Below the pieces are notes generated by a model that saw only the letters and a program-made list of their open reading frames with translations, was not told where the DNA came from and searched no databases. A stretch of 64,000 bases of DNA from Pontiella sp. GTDB lineage: Bacteria > Verrucomicrobiota > Kiritimatiellia > Kiritimatiellales > Pontiellaceae. Shown here one piece after another: positions 43,504-51,820 of this stretch. Position 1 is the first letter of the stretch. Every line of letters begins with the position of its first letter. A program made the translations under genes and the position numbers. The DNA lies in assembly GCA_050290185.1 (NCBI GenBank), contig JBNKHE010000003.1, positions 270,729 through 334,728 on the forward strand, written 5' to 3'.

Positions 43504-44466
43504 TTAATCGGAGATTATAACGGTTGTTTTTCGGGGAACCAGATCAAACAGCTCCTCGACATTCTCGTTAAGCATGCGGATGCAACCCGCGCTGGACTGT
43601 TTTCCAATGCTGTCGCGTTCCCATGTTCCATGAATGCCGAAGCCAGTCAGTTCGGGGTGGTCTTCCGCTTTCAGGGCCATCCAACGGGTTCCCAATACAT
43701 TTTCCGGATCTCCGTATTCGATCTGCCGGTTGTCGGACGGTCGGGTCCATGGGGGCTCGGCAATCTTATCCACGATGAAGAATTCAACGGCGGGGGTTTT
43801 TCCAAACTTGCCTGTTCCAACTGAATAGCGCTTGAACAACTTTCCGTCCATGAGCAAGTCGAGGCGGTTGTGGGTTTTTGAGACGCGAATTGTAAAGTTG
43901 CTGTTATAGACCAGCAGACGGGCTCCTGCCCGTATGTTATCGGTTTTCAGTCCGTTCATTGCCTTGATCAGTGCGACCGTTGTATTGAACTTTTTCGCGA
44001 TCTTCTGCAGGTAGTCTCCGGGCTGAATAACATAGTATTCCTTACCCGGCATCATCAGGGCGGATTTCAAAAGCTTCATATTCACTTCGCCCAGTAACTT
44101 GATCGCCTGCGGATCGGATGATGTGGCAACGACCTTGTCGAGAATGGCCTTGGCGCCGACCAGTTGGCCGCCGGCGATGGCCGCCTGGGCATCGGAGATG
44201 GCCGCTTGGGATTCCGGTGTTGAAATGGTGGGCTCCAGGACGGGCGCAGCGGGTTCATTAGGAGCCGTTGGCAAAGCCAGGTCGGAGGAAGCTGATCCTG
44301 AGGGTGATGCCGGTCTTTCCGGAGCCACCTCTTCCTTGCGGTCTTTATGCATGTAAAGATAAACGCCTACCAAAGCAATCTGGAGGAGTATGACGATAAT
44401 GAACACCTTTTTCCAGCGACCTCGTCCCCGGGTGTTGTAGGATCCTGCGTAAATTGGTTTTGCCAT
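43504..44466 (-). CDS. LysM-containing L,D-transpeptidase (YkuD)
   Basis: TM anchor, LysM (YVIQPGDYLQKIAKKF), GIHGT...SSAGCIRM. Confidence 0.92.
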   Translation of the reverse strand: MAKPIYAGSYNTRGRGRWKKVFIIVILLQIALVGVYLYMHKDRKEEVAPERPASPSGSASSDLALPTAPNEPAAPVLEPTISTPESQAAISDAQAAIAGGQLVGAKAILDKVVATSSDPQAIKLLGEVNMKLLKSALMMPGKEYYVIQPGDYLQKIAKKFNTTVALIKAMNGLKTDNIRAGARLLVYNSNFTIRVSKTHNRLDLLMDGKLFKRYSVGTGKFGKTPAVEFFIVDKIAEPPWTRPSDNRQIEYGDPENVLGTRWMALKAEDHPELTGFGIHGTWERDSIGKQSSAGCIRMLNENVEELFDLVPRKTTVIISD

Positions 44467-44754
44467 GGTTCTATACCTTTGTTTGCTACGAGTCCGCCAT
44501 TTATGCCGAATAGCCGATTTTGGTGCAATAATAATACGGTTTGAGATCAGATATCCCTGCCTTTGATTACACTATTTCAGCTGGTGATGACTGACAATGG
44601 CGTAAAATACATCCTTTTTTCCGGGTCTGCAATCGGCCAACCTGTCAGAGCGCGAGTGTTTTGAGCTTAGCGAATCAGCAATAACGGGCTCATCAGGATT
44701 ATTTTATAGTACAATCCTTAATTTCATGTTATTTCCTTACGTCCAAGAGGCAAT

Positions 44755-45195
44755 ATGCGGAGGCATATTAAAATGCGGGCTGGGTGCCGGGATGGAATCA
44801 GGATGTTGTTGCTAATGATAGTATTAGCGGGAATGTCGGTTTCTGCCATGGACCCATATACCAATGCTATTGACCCGATGCTGGAGATGGAACCTACCGC
44901 AGAGCAGTCTGCCGAACTGCCCAAGGTGACTGCGGTTTACGGGGTTGGCGCCGACGACTACCTGCCTATGAAGGAAGTGGCGCGACAGCAGCTGCGGCCC
45001 AACCTCAGGAAAAGTAGTTCCCGGGTTGCCTTCGATTTGCCCGATGCGTTCTATTTTATCGGAGGCCCGATTTTTCTGCTGATTTTTTTGCGCGTCCTTG
45101 TGTTTTTTCTAAATGACTTCGAGGAAAAACGGAAAGAGGAAATGCGCGTAGCCGCAAGTGAACATGCCCCGGGCGAGCACAGGTTCGACGAATAG
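44755..45195 (+). CDS. Hypothetical membrane protein
   Basis: Signal-like N-terminus and one C-terminal TM; start codon uncertain. Confidence 0.55.
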   Translation: MRRHIKMRAGCRDGIRMLLLMIVLAGMSVSAMDPYTNAIDPMLEMEPTAEQSAELPKVTAVYGVGADDYLPMKEVARQQLRPNLRKSSSRVAFDLPDAFYFIGGPIFLLIFLRVLVFFLNDFEEKRKEEMRVAASEHAPGEHRFDE

Positions 45196-45254
45196 TGCGG
45201 TTTCCGTCTCTACGGACTTGCCCGTAAGCGGCCTTCGTTGGATACTCCCGATCC

Positions 45255-46916
45255 ATGCTCAGAACCCTAAAGATCAAGAATCTCGCACTGGTAGACGATG
45301 TTCAGGTCGGCTTTAACGACGGATTGAACGTCATTACCGGAGAAACCGGCGCCGGCAAATCGTTGCTGATGGGGGCCCTTCGCCTTTTACTTGGTGAACG
45401 TGCCGACAAATCGATGATTCGCACCGGTGAAGCCTCCTGCTCTGTCCATGCCGAATTCGGGCTGTCCGATTCCACACTCGTCGATGCGGTGTTGGCGGAT
45501 GTCGGACTCGAACCCTGCGATGGCGGGCTTCTTATCATTCGCCGCATCATCACGGAAACGTCGAATAAAACCCTGGTGAATGATGAAGCGGTGACCTTGC
45601 AGGTACTTAAACGCCTCGGGGAAGTCCTTGTGGATATGCACGGCCCCTACGATCATCAGTCGCTTCTTGACCAGGGGGTTCAACGCGACATCCTCGATGC
45701 CTTTGGGCAACTTGATGCGGCAAAAGTTTCCTATCGATCGGAATATTCACAATACCGTGATCTTCAGAAAAAAATCGACGCACTTAACGCGGACAATGAA
45801 GAGGATCTTGAACGGCAAATTGAATTCCTTGATTACCGCGTGAATGAGATTGAAAAGGCGCAGCTGAGCATCGAGGAAGAGGATGAGGTGGCTGAGGAGC
45901 ACGGAATGATTGCCAATTCCCAGCAGGTGCTTGAATTGGCCAATGGCGTGGTGAATGCGCTGACCGAAGCCGAAGGATGCGCATTCGACGGATTGGTAGC
46001 CGCCCAGCAGTGCCTCAACCGGCTCATTAAAATGATGCCCGAAGCACAGGAGTGGCACGATGAACTCGAAAGCGCCGTCACCTCCGTGCAGGACATTGTG
46101 CGCTCCATCGAGAATTCAGCGGAAGGAATCGATGCCAGTGCGGAACGGATGCAGTGGCTGGATGACCGGCTTACCACGTACCAGACGCTCAAGCGCAAAT
46201 ACGGCGCAACCATCGAAGAAGTTTTAGATAACTGCGTGAAATGGAAAGAGCAACTGGATGAACTTCGTGGCCGCGACAAAAAGCGGGACGCCTTGCGGAT
46301 CGAGCAGGATGAGTTGCGCAAGACCATGGAAAAAGCCGGCATGGAACTGCGGAAACAGCGCGAAAACGTGGCTGACCATCTGTCGGAATGCATCACCCGT
46401 GAGCTGGTGGATATTGGTTTCGAACACGGATTTTTCGATGTACAGATCCGGCCCACCGAACCCGGACCCTCCGGCATGGACGAAATCGAGTTTGGCTTTG
46501 CCCCGAACGCCGGCGAGGATATGCGCCCGTTGCGGATGATCGCCTCCAGCGGGGAAATCTCACGCGTCATGCTCGCCACGAAATCCGTACTCGCAAAACA
46601 GGACCGGATTCCCGTCCTGGTGTTCGACGAAATCGATGCCAATGTGGGTGGCGAAATCGGAGGCGCTGTCGGCCGGAAGCTAGCGCAGGTCGCCCAAAAC
46701 CATCAGCTCATCTGCATCACCCATCTTCCCCAGGTCGCTGCCTGCGGCACCACCCACCTGGCGGTGTCTAAAAAGGTCGAGGATGGTCGCACCTACACCG
46801 AAGTTGAATTGCTCGATTTCGAGTCCCGTCCAGACGAAATTGCCCGCATGCTGGGTGGCAAGGACAGTACCGGTGTCACCCTCCAGCACGCCCGCGAAAT
46901 GCTGGGTTCGGTTTAG
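45255..46916 (+). CDS. recN: DNA repair protein RecN
   Basis: TGETGAGKS, SSGEISR, FDEID, ITHLPQVAA. Confidence 0.96.
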   Translation: MLRTLKIKNLALVDDVQVGFNDGLNVITGETGAGKSLLMGALRLLLGERADKSMIRTGEASCSVHAEFGLSDSTLVDAVLADVGLEPCDGGLLIIRRIITETSNKTLVNDEAVTLQVLKRLGEVLVDMHGPYDHQSLLDQGVQRDILDAFGQLDAAKVSYRSEYSQYRDLQKKIDALNADNEEDLERQIEFLDYRVNEIEKAQLSIEEEDEVAEEHGMIANSQQVLELANGVVNALTEAEGCAFDGLVAAQQCLNRLIKMMPEAQEWHDELESAVTSVQDIVRSIENSAEGIDASAERMQWLDDRLTTYQTLKRKYGATIEEVLDNCVKWKEQLDELRGRDKKRDALRIEQDELRKTMEKAGMELRKQRENVADHLSECITRELVDIGFEHGFFDVQIRPTEPGPSGMDEIEFGFAPNAGEDMRPLRMIASSGEISRVMLATKSVLAKQDRIPVLVFDEIDANVGGEIGGAVGRKLAQVAQNHQLICITHLPQVAACGTTHLAVSKKVEDGRTYTEVELLDFESRPDEIARMLGGKDSTGVTLQHAREMLGSV

Positions 46917-47371
46917 GGTTGTGCTACGGCAGGACGGCAATCTTGTTCCTGCACGGGGGCTTCAAACAGCGTCTCCACAGCGTTCCATTGGTTTTCCTCA
47001 GCACTTTGAACGGTTTCGATGAGCTGGATCTGAACGTGGGACAGGGGCGTGTTGGCGAGCAGGGCCAGTGGTCTTGGATCGGTGTGGATTTCCGTTTTTT
47101 CCTCGCCGTTCTGAAGGTAGACCATCCGATAGGCGGACTCAGTATCCGGATCCAGTTTCCGAAGGCGTAGTACCGGCGGTTTTTTGGCCGCTGCCGTTTT
47201 TTTCCGTTTCGCCTTTTTTCGTTTTTGTTGCGACGGAAGATCCGCCGGCGCTTCCAGCGGATAGGAAGCGCCGCCCAGAACGATGCCGATTTGGCGTTCA
47301 AGCTCGAAGATTTCCACGAGGTGGTCTTCGCGCTCCATCAGCAGCTGGTTGATCTGGATCGTTTTTTGCAT
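46913..47371 (-). CDS. Hypothetical protein (N-terminal coiled coil, Lys-rich linker)
   Basis: INQLLMEREDHLVEIFELERQIGIVLG; KRKKAKRKKTAAAKK; last gene of ftsK operon; alternative start 47407. Confidence 0.7.
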   Translation of the reverse strand: MQKTIQINQLLMEREDHLVEIFELERQIGIVLGGASYPLEAPADLPSQQKRKKAKRKKTAAAKKPPVLRLRKLDPDTESAYRMVYLQNGEEKTEIHTDPRPLALLANTPLSHVQIQLIETVQSAEENQWNAVETLFEAPVQEQDCRPAVAQP

Positions 47372-47407
47372 CGTATTCCGGGACGAGGGCAGGCGGTTGG
47401 TCGGCAA

Positions 47408-47815
47408 TTACTCTGCAGCGCCGCTTGTTGCGGTTTTCGATTCTGTCGGTTCAACTTTTTCCGATTCCTTGGAAGCGGTTTCGTTGGGCTCTTCCTGCTC
47501 GGTCGGTGCGGGCTTTTCGCTGGCCGGATCCTTTTCGGGCTTGGGTTTGACGATCTTCGGTTTTGGGCGGGAGACCGGAGACGGGTTGCTGAATCCTGCG
47601 ACAGCCACCGGTGGTCCGGGATAGACGAATTCGCCTTCCTTGCCGACCAATTCCTCCACCTGCAGTTCGATTGCTTCGATCTGGCGGTAGGCTTCTTCGC
47701 GCTTGACCAGCAAGTCATCGATCTTGACGCGGGATTCATACGCTTCGCGGATGGTGTCCGCGTCCGCCTGCAGGATGATGTCGAGTGATGTCAGTTTAAC
47801 GAGTTTCTTTGCCAT
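47408..47815 (-). CDS. Hypothetical protein (coiled coil, Pro/Lys-rich tail), paralogous to downstream gene
   Basis: IDDLLVKREEAYRQIEAIELQVEELVG; AGAGGA RBS upstream. Confidence 0.75.
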   Translation of the reverse strand: MAKKLVKLTSLDIILQADADTIREAYESRVKIDDLLVKREEAYRQIEAIELQVEELVGKEGEFVYPGPPVAVAGFSNPSPVSRPKPKIVKPKPEKDPASEKPAPTEQEEPNETASKESEKVEPTESKTATSGAAE

Positions 47816-47837
47816 GGGATAATCCTCTGGTTATTCA

Positions 47838-49295
47838 CTATTTAAAAAAGTCCACGATGCGGGAGACCAATCCGCGTTCCCCTTCGGGAGAATTCTCCGG
47901 TCCGTCTTCTTGTTCGTCTTCGTTCCCGTGCATGGTTTCAAGCCGTTTTTCAGCAGTCTGGGCGACCGTTTCATTCCAGTCCCTGGAAAGTTCTTCGATG
48001 GCGGCGCGTGTCAGGACCGGGTTGTCGCACAGCGCAAGCCGTACCTGGGCGGAATCATCGCGCAGGAGTTTGCGCACATGCGTGTCGGTCAGTTGCTCCG
48101 CCGCCGCGGCAAAGGCATGCAGCGAAGGGCGCTTGTGCGCGAGCAACCGATCGATAAGATCGGGTTTCGTTCCCGCAAAGCGGATTCCGCGCAATGCCAG
48201 ATGTCCGATCACGTTCATGCTTTCGCGTTTGTTCACAAGAATGTTCAGCTGTTCATCGGTCAGGTCGTCCCGGTAGGCCATGCACAACCGCACTTCTTCC
48301 TGCTCGTGGTGGCACAGTTCGATTTTGACCGTGTTCGTCAGTGCGGGGTTTCCGGCGAGTGATTCGCAACTGCCACGATCGTTAGAGGCGGCAAACCACA
48401 GGGCGACCTCCTCGTCGATCGTCGGATTGGCCGCGAGCGCGATTCGCACTTCGGCATTGGGGTCGTTGGCCAGTACGTGCTGGATTTCAACGGGCAAGCC
48501 TTCGAACCGTGCGGCTTCAATGCGTTGGGAAACCAGTTCGGATTCCGCCTTGGCCAGCCATTCGCTTGCGCTCGGTGTATGCTGTGCACCCGCAGATTCC
48601 TGAACCTCGGCATCCGGGCTGAGGCAGAGCGCCTGAATGATGTTGTCCTTCAACTTGGCTCGGGACAGGAGTAGACGTTGTGCTTCGGGATCGTCGGAGC
48701 GCGCCCAACCCAGCAGCATGCCTTCATCAACCTTGCCGAAGCCGAAGAGGTTGGCCCGGACCACGGCGCTTTCATCCGCTGACAACGCGTGAACCAGTTC
48801 GTCCGGCAGCTTTCCTGTCGATCCCAGGGCAGCGCGGACGCACGGTTCGGGATCAAGTGCCAGCGCGTATTTGAAATTGGTTCCGATGGCACTGTTTCCC
48901 GCGAGCGCGGCACGGACAAGCAGGTTCGGATCGTTCAGCAGGGTGGCGGTAATCTTGGTGTTCTGCTGTTTATTGGCGGCCAGCGCGGCCCGGACCTGCG
49001 AACCGCCTCTGCTGGCCATGCGCACCAGCAGGAGGTGGGTGCAGCGCGGATTCACTGCAGCGGCGGCCAGGATTTCCGGCTCGGGATAGGCCTCGGTCAG
49101 GTCTTCAAGCACCTGGCTGGGAACCGTGGGGTAGAGTGCCAGAAACAGCAGGACATCCTTCTCCGGATTATCGCCGTAAAGCTCGATCAGGACGCGGCTG
49201 GGCAGCAGGTTGTGGCGATATTGCTGCACAACCTTGCGCGGGCCGTCCTTGCGGATGGCTTCGAGCAATTCTGATTTTTCAATTTGGGCTGGCAT
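47838..49295 (-). CDS. HEAT/leucine-rich-variant (LRV) repeat protein
   Basis: Many 'LA.D....VR.ALA.NP' repeats; start probably MPAQ at 49295 (the ORF-track extension to 49340 overlaps a heptamer repeat). Confidence 0.8.
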   Translation of the reverse strand: MPAQIEKSELLEAIRKDGPRKVVQQYRHNLLPSRVLIELYGDNPEKDVLLFLALYPTVPSQVLEDLTEAYPEPEILAAAAVNPRCTHLLLVRMASRGGSQVRAALAANKQQNTKITATLLNDPNLLVRAALAGNSAIGTNFKYALALDPEPCVRAALGSTGKLPDELVHALSADESAVVRANLFGFGKVDEGMLLGWARSDDPEAQRLLLSRAKLKDNIIQALCLSPDAEVQESAGAQHTPSASEWLAKAESELVSQRIEAARFEGLPVEIQHVLANDPNAEVRIALAANPTIDEEVALWFAASNDRGSCESLAGNPALTNTVKIELCHHEQEEVRLCMAYRDDLTDEQLNILVNKRESMNVIGHLALRGIRFAGTKPDLIDRLLAHKRPSLHAFAAAAEQLTDTHVRKLLRDDSAQVRLALCDNPVLTRAAIEELSRDWNETVAQTAEKRLETMHGNEDEQEDGPENSPEGERGLVSRIVDFFK

Positions 49296-49302
49296 GGGCT
49301 GG

Positions 49303-49364
49303 GTGATGAGTGACGGTTGAGGCGTGAGCATTTCCTTCACGGTTCACGGATCAATCGTCACGAT
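49303..49364. repeat. Heptamer tandem-repeat inverted element
   Basis: GTGATGA GTGACGG TTGAGGC GTGAGCA ... TCACGGT TCACGGA TCAATCG TCACGAT. Confidence 0.6.
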
Positions 49365-49379
49365 CCTCTCGTTTAAAGT

Positions 49380-51272
49380 TTAATAGGCATCAATCAATAT
49401 CTCTCTTGGTGTGCTGCCAATCTGCGGGCCGACAATGCCTTTGGCCTCCAGCTCCTCGATCAGGTTGGCGGCGCGGTTGTAGCCAACCCGCAGGCATCGT
49501 TGCAGATACGAGGTTGTGGCGCGCTGGTCGCGAAGAATGATTTCAATGGCCTGGTCGAGCAGGGGATCCGCCGCCTCGGCATCGCGCAGGGCAAAGCTTT
49601 CGTCGCCTTCGCAGGGCGCGAGATCGGTAATGGAGGTCTTGAAGCGCTGCTCGCGCTGTCCGGCGCAGTGTTCAACGACCCGGGCGATTTCCGCATCGGC
49701 CACCCACGGTCCCTGGACGCGCTGGAGTACGCCGATGCCCGGCGGGCTGAAGAGCATGTCGCCCTTGCCGCGCAGCGCTTCCGCCCCGCGTCCATCGATG
49801 ATGGTGCGCGAATCGATCTGCGACGAAACCTTGAAGGCGATGCGGGTGGGATAGTTGGCCTTGATCATCCCCGTCAGCACGTTCACGCTCGGGCGCTGGG
49901 TGGCGATAATGGTGTGGATGCCGACGGCGCGTGACAACTGTGCGATGCGGGCCAGGGCGGTTTCCACATCGGCGCCGGTCGTGAGCATGATGTCCGCCAA
50001 TTCGTCGATGACCACCACCAGAAACGGCATGCGCTTCATGCCCATTTCATCCATCTTTTCGTTGTAGCCGGCAATATTCCGTGCGCCGACGGTAGCCAGC
50101 GTTTTATAGCGCTCCTCCATCTCCCGGACGGCCCATTGCAGGGCGGGGACCACCAGCTTGGCTTCGGTAATGACCGGGCGCACCAGATGCGGCAGTTTTT
50201 CGTAGGCCCCGAACTCCACGCGCTTGGGGTCGATCAGGATCAGTTCGAGTTCGTCCGGCGTGAAGTGGCTGGCCAGGCACATCAAAATGGTATTCATGCA
50301 GACCGATTTCCCGCTGCCGGTGGCGCCCGCAATCAGCATGTGCGGTGCGGCGGCCAGATCGGTAATGCACAGCCCGCCGCCCAGTTCCATGCCGAGCATC
50401 AGCGGAATGCTGGCCGTGGTCGTTTTCCATGCTTCGGAACGGAGCATCAGGCCCAGGTTGAGCGGTGCGGCGTTGCCGTTGGGGATTTCGATGCCGACGT
50501 AGGGTTTTCCGGGGATTGGCGCCTGGATGCGGAGGCTTTCCGCCGACAGGGACAAGGCCAGGTTGTTGCTGAGCGAGGTGATGGCTTCCACACGGACGCC
50601 CAGACCGGGCTTGATGCGCAACTGGGTGACGCGCGGTCCAACCACGGCATCCCAAACGGTGGCGTCGACGGCAAAGTTGTCGAGGGTATCCTGAACGGCT
50701 TTTTTCTGGTGCTCCAGTTCCTCCGGCTCGATGAAGGCAAACTGGACCGACTCCGGCTGGTCGAACAGGGTGGGGGCTGGCCGTTCATAGCCATCGTCGG
50801 ATAATGGAACGGGTTGGTGCGTTTCGTGTTCAACGGGCTCGGCCAGCTGAACGGGTTCCGGTTCGACCACCGGTTCCGGGGCAATCGGGTCGTTGTTTGC
50901 GCGATCCAGCTGCTGCTGGATACTTTCGGCTCCGGCGCGCACTTTTTCAATGGCCGCGGTCCGTTCCGCAACAAAGCGCTCCTGCTGTTGCTGGCGGCGT
51001 TGCTGGGTTTGGTCAAGCTCTTCGCGCCAGACGGTCAGTTGGTTCTCTCTCCTCAGTCGTTCCGCTTCAGCGGCTTCTTCGGCCGGGTCGCTTTCGATTT
51101 CCGGTTCGTCCTCGCCTTCATCGACCCATTCGTAACCCGCCACGGAAAGCAGTCCGGTGCCGATCTTGGTCATGAAGGAACGCATCGCCCGGGCAGAAAA
51201 CCGGTCGTTCCGGCTGACGTCTTGAGGCGTGGTTGCTTCGTTTTCGGATGGTATTGCGACTTCTGGGGCCAT
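49380..51272 (-). CDS. ftsK: FtsK/SpoIIIE DNA translocase lacking the N-terminal TM domain
   Basis: RIQAPIPG, HMLIAGATGSGKS, IDPK, VVIDELAD, ATQRPS, GAEAL.G.GDML, gamma domain LQR.LRVGYNRAA. Confidence 0.88.
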   Translation of the reverse strand: MAPEVAIPSENEATTPQDVSRNDRFSARAMRSFMTKIGTGLLSVAGYEWVDEGEDEPEIESDPAEEAAEAERLRRENQLTVWREELDQTQQRRQQQQERFVAERTAAIEKVRAGAESIQQQLDRANNDPIAPEPVVEPEPVQLAEPVEHETHQPVPLSDDGYERPAPTLFDQPESVQFAFIEPEELEHQKKAVQDTLDNFAVDATVWDAVVGPRVTQLRIKPGLGVRVEAITSLSNNLALSLSAESLRIQAPIPGKPYVGIEIPNGNAAPLNLGLMLRSEAWKTTTASIPLMLGMELGGGLCITDLAAAPHMLIAGATGSGKSVCMNTILMCLASHFTPDELELILIDPKRVEFGAYEKLPHLVRPVITEAKLVVPALQWAVREMEERYKTLATVGARNIAGYNEKMDEMGMKRMPFLVVVIDELADIMLTTGADVETALARIAQLSRAVGIHTIIATQRPSVNVLTGMIKANYPTRIAFKVSSQIDSRTIIDGRGAEALRGKGDMLFSPPGIGVLQRVQGPWVADAEIARVVEHCAGQREQRFKTSITDLAPCEGDESFALRDAEAADPLLDQAIEIILRDQRATTSYLQRCLRVGYNRAANLIEELEAKGIVGPQIGSTPREILIDAY

Positions 51273-51415
51273 GGTATTCTTGCTTGATCAAAAGCCCGGA
51301 TTTCTATCGGAACGACCGCGTTTCGGCGAGTAAAACCTCTCGGTTTTCTGGAGGTATTTTCGGGGTGTTTTTCCAAGTCACGGCAGGGCAATGGGTAGTA
51401 GGGCAAGGGAATATT

Positions 51416-51522
51416 CTGGAGTGCGGTGGCTACCAACGGGCGACACCGCTTTTCGGATGCACCGCACCGTAGACTCTGCGTGCGGAAAGCGGCGTCGCCT
51501 TGCAGTTGCCACCGCACTCCAG
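51416..51522. repeat. Long palindromic REP-like element
   Basis: CTGGAGTGCGGTGGC...GGCGACACCGCTTT // AAAGCGGCGTCGCC...GCCACCGCACTCCAG. Confidence 0.8.
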
Positions 51523-51820
51523 GACATCTTCTACTGCGAAGCCGCACTGCTTCATTCCAAGCCACAAACCAATAGCCACATACCAATCCTTTACTTAAAC
51601 CTGAACTAATTTTAACTGTGCGAATGTTATTGGTGCGCTTATGGGGCGTCACGTTGAGAGGGCGAATGATGACGAAAGCGTTCTAATTCATCATATTAAA
51701 TATAGTATATGACTTGAGTTTATATTATCCATGCTGGGTTAATTTAAAATTGGCTTTCGTAAGATCAAAGATATTTTTTTTAAGGGAAAGTCGATTCGAA
51801 TCGAAATGTTGGAGTGTACG

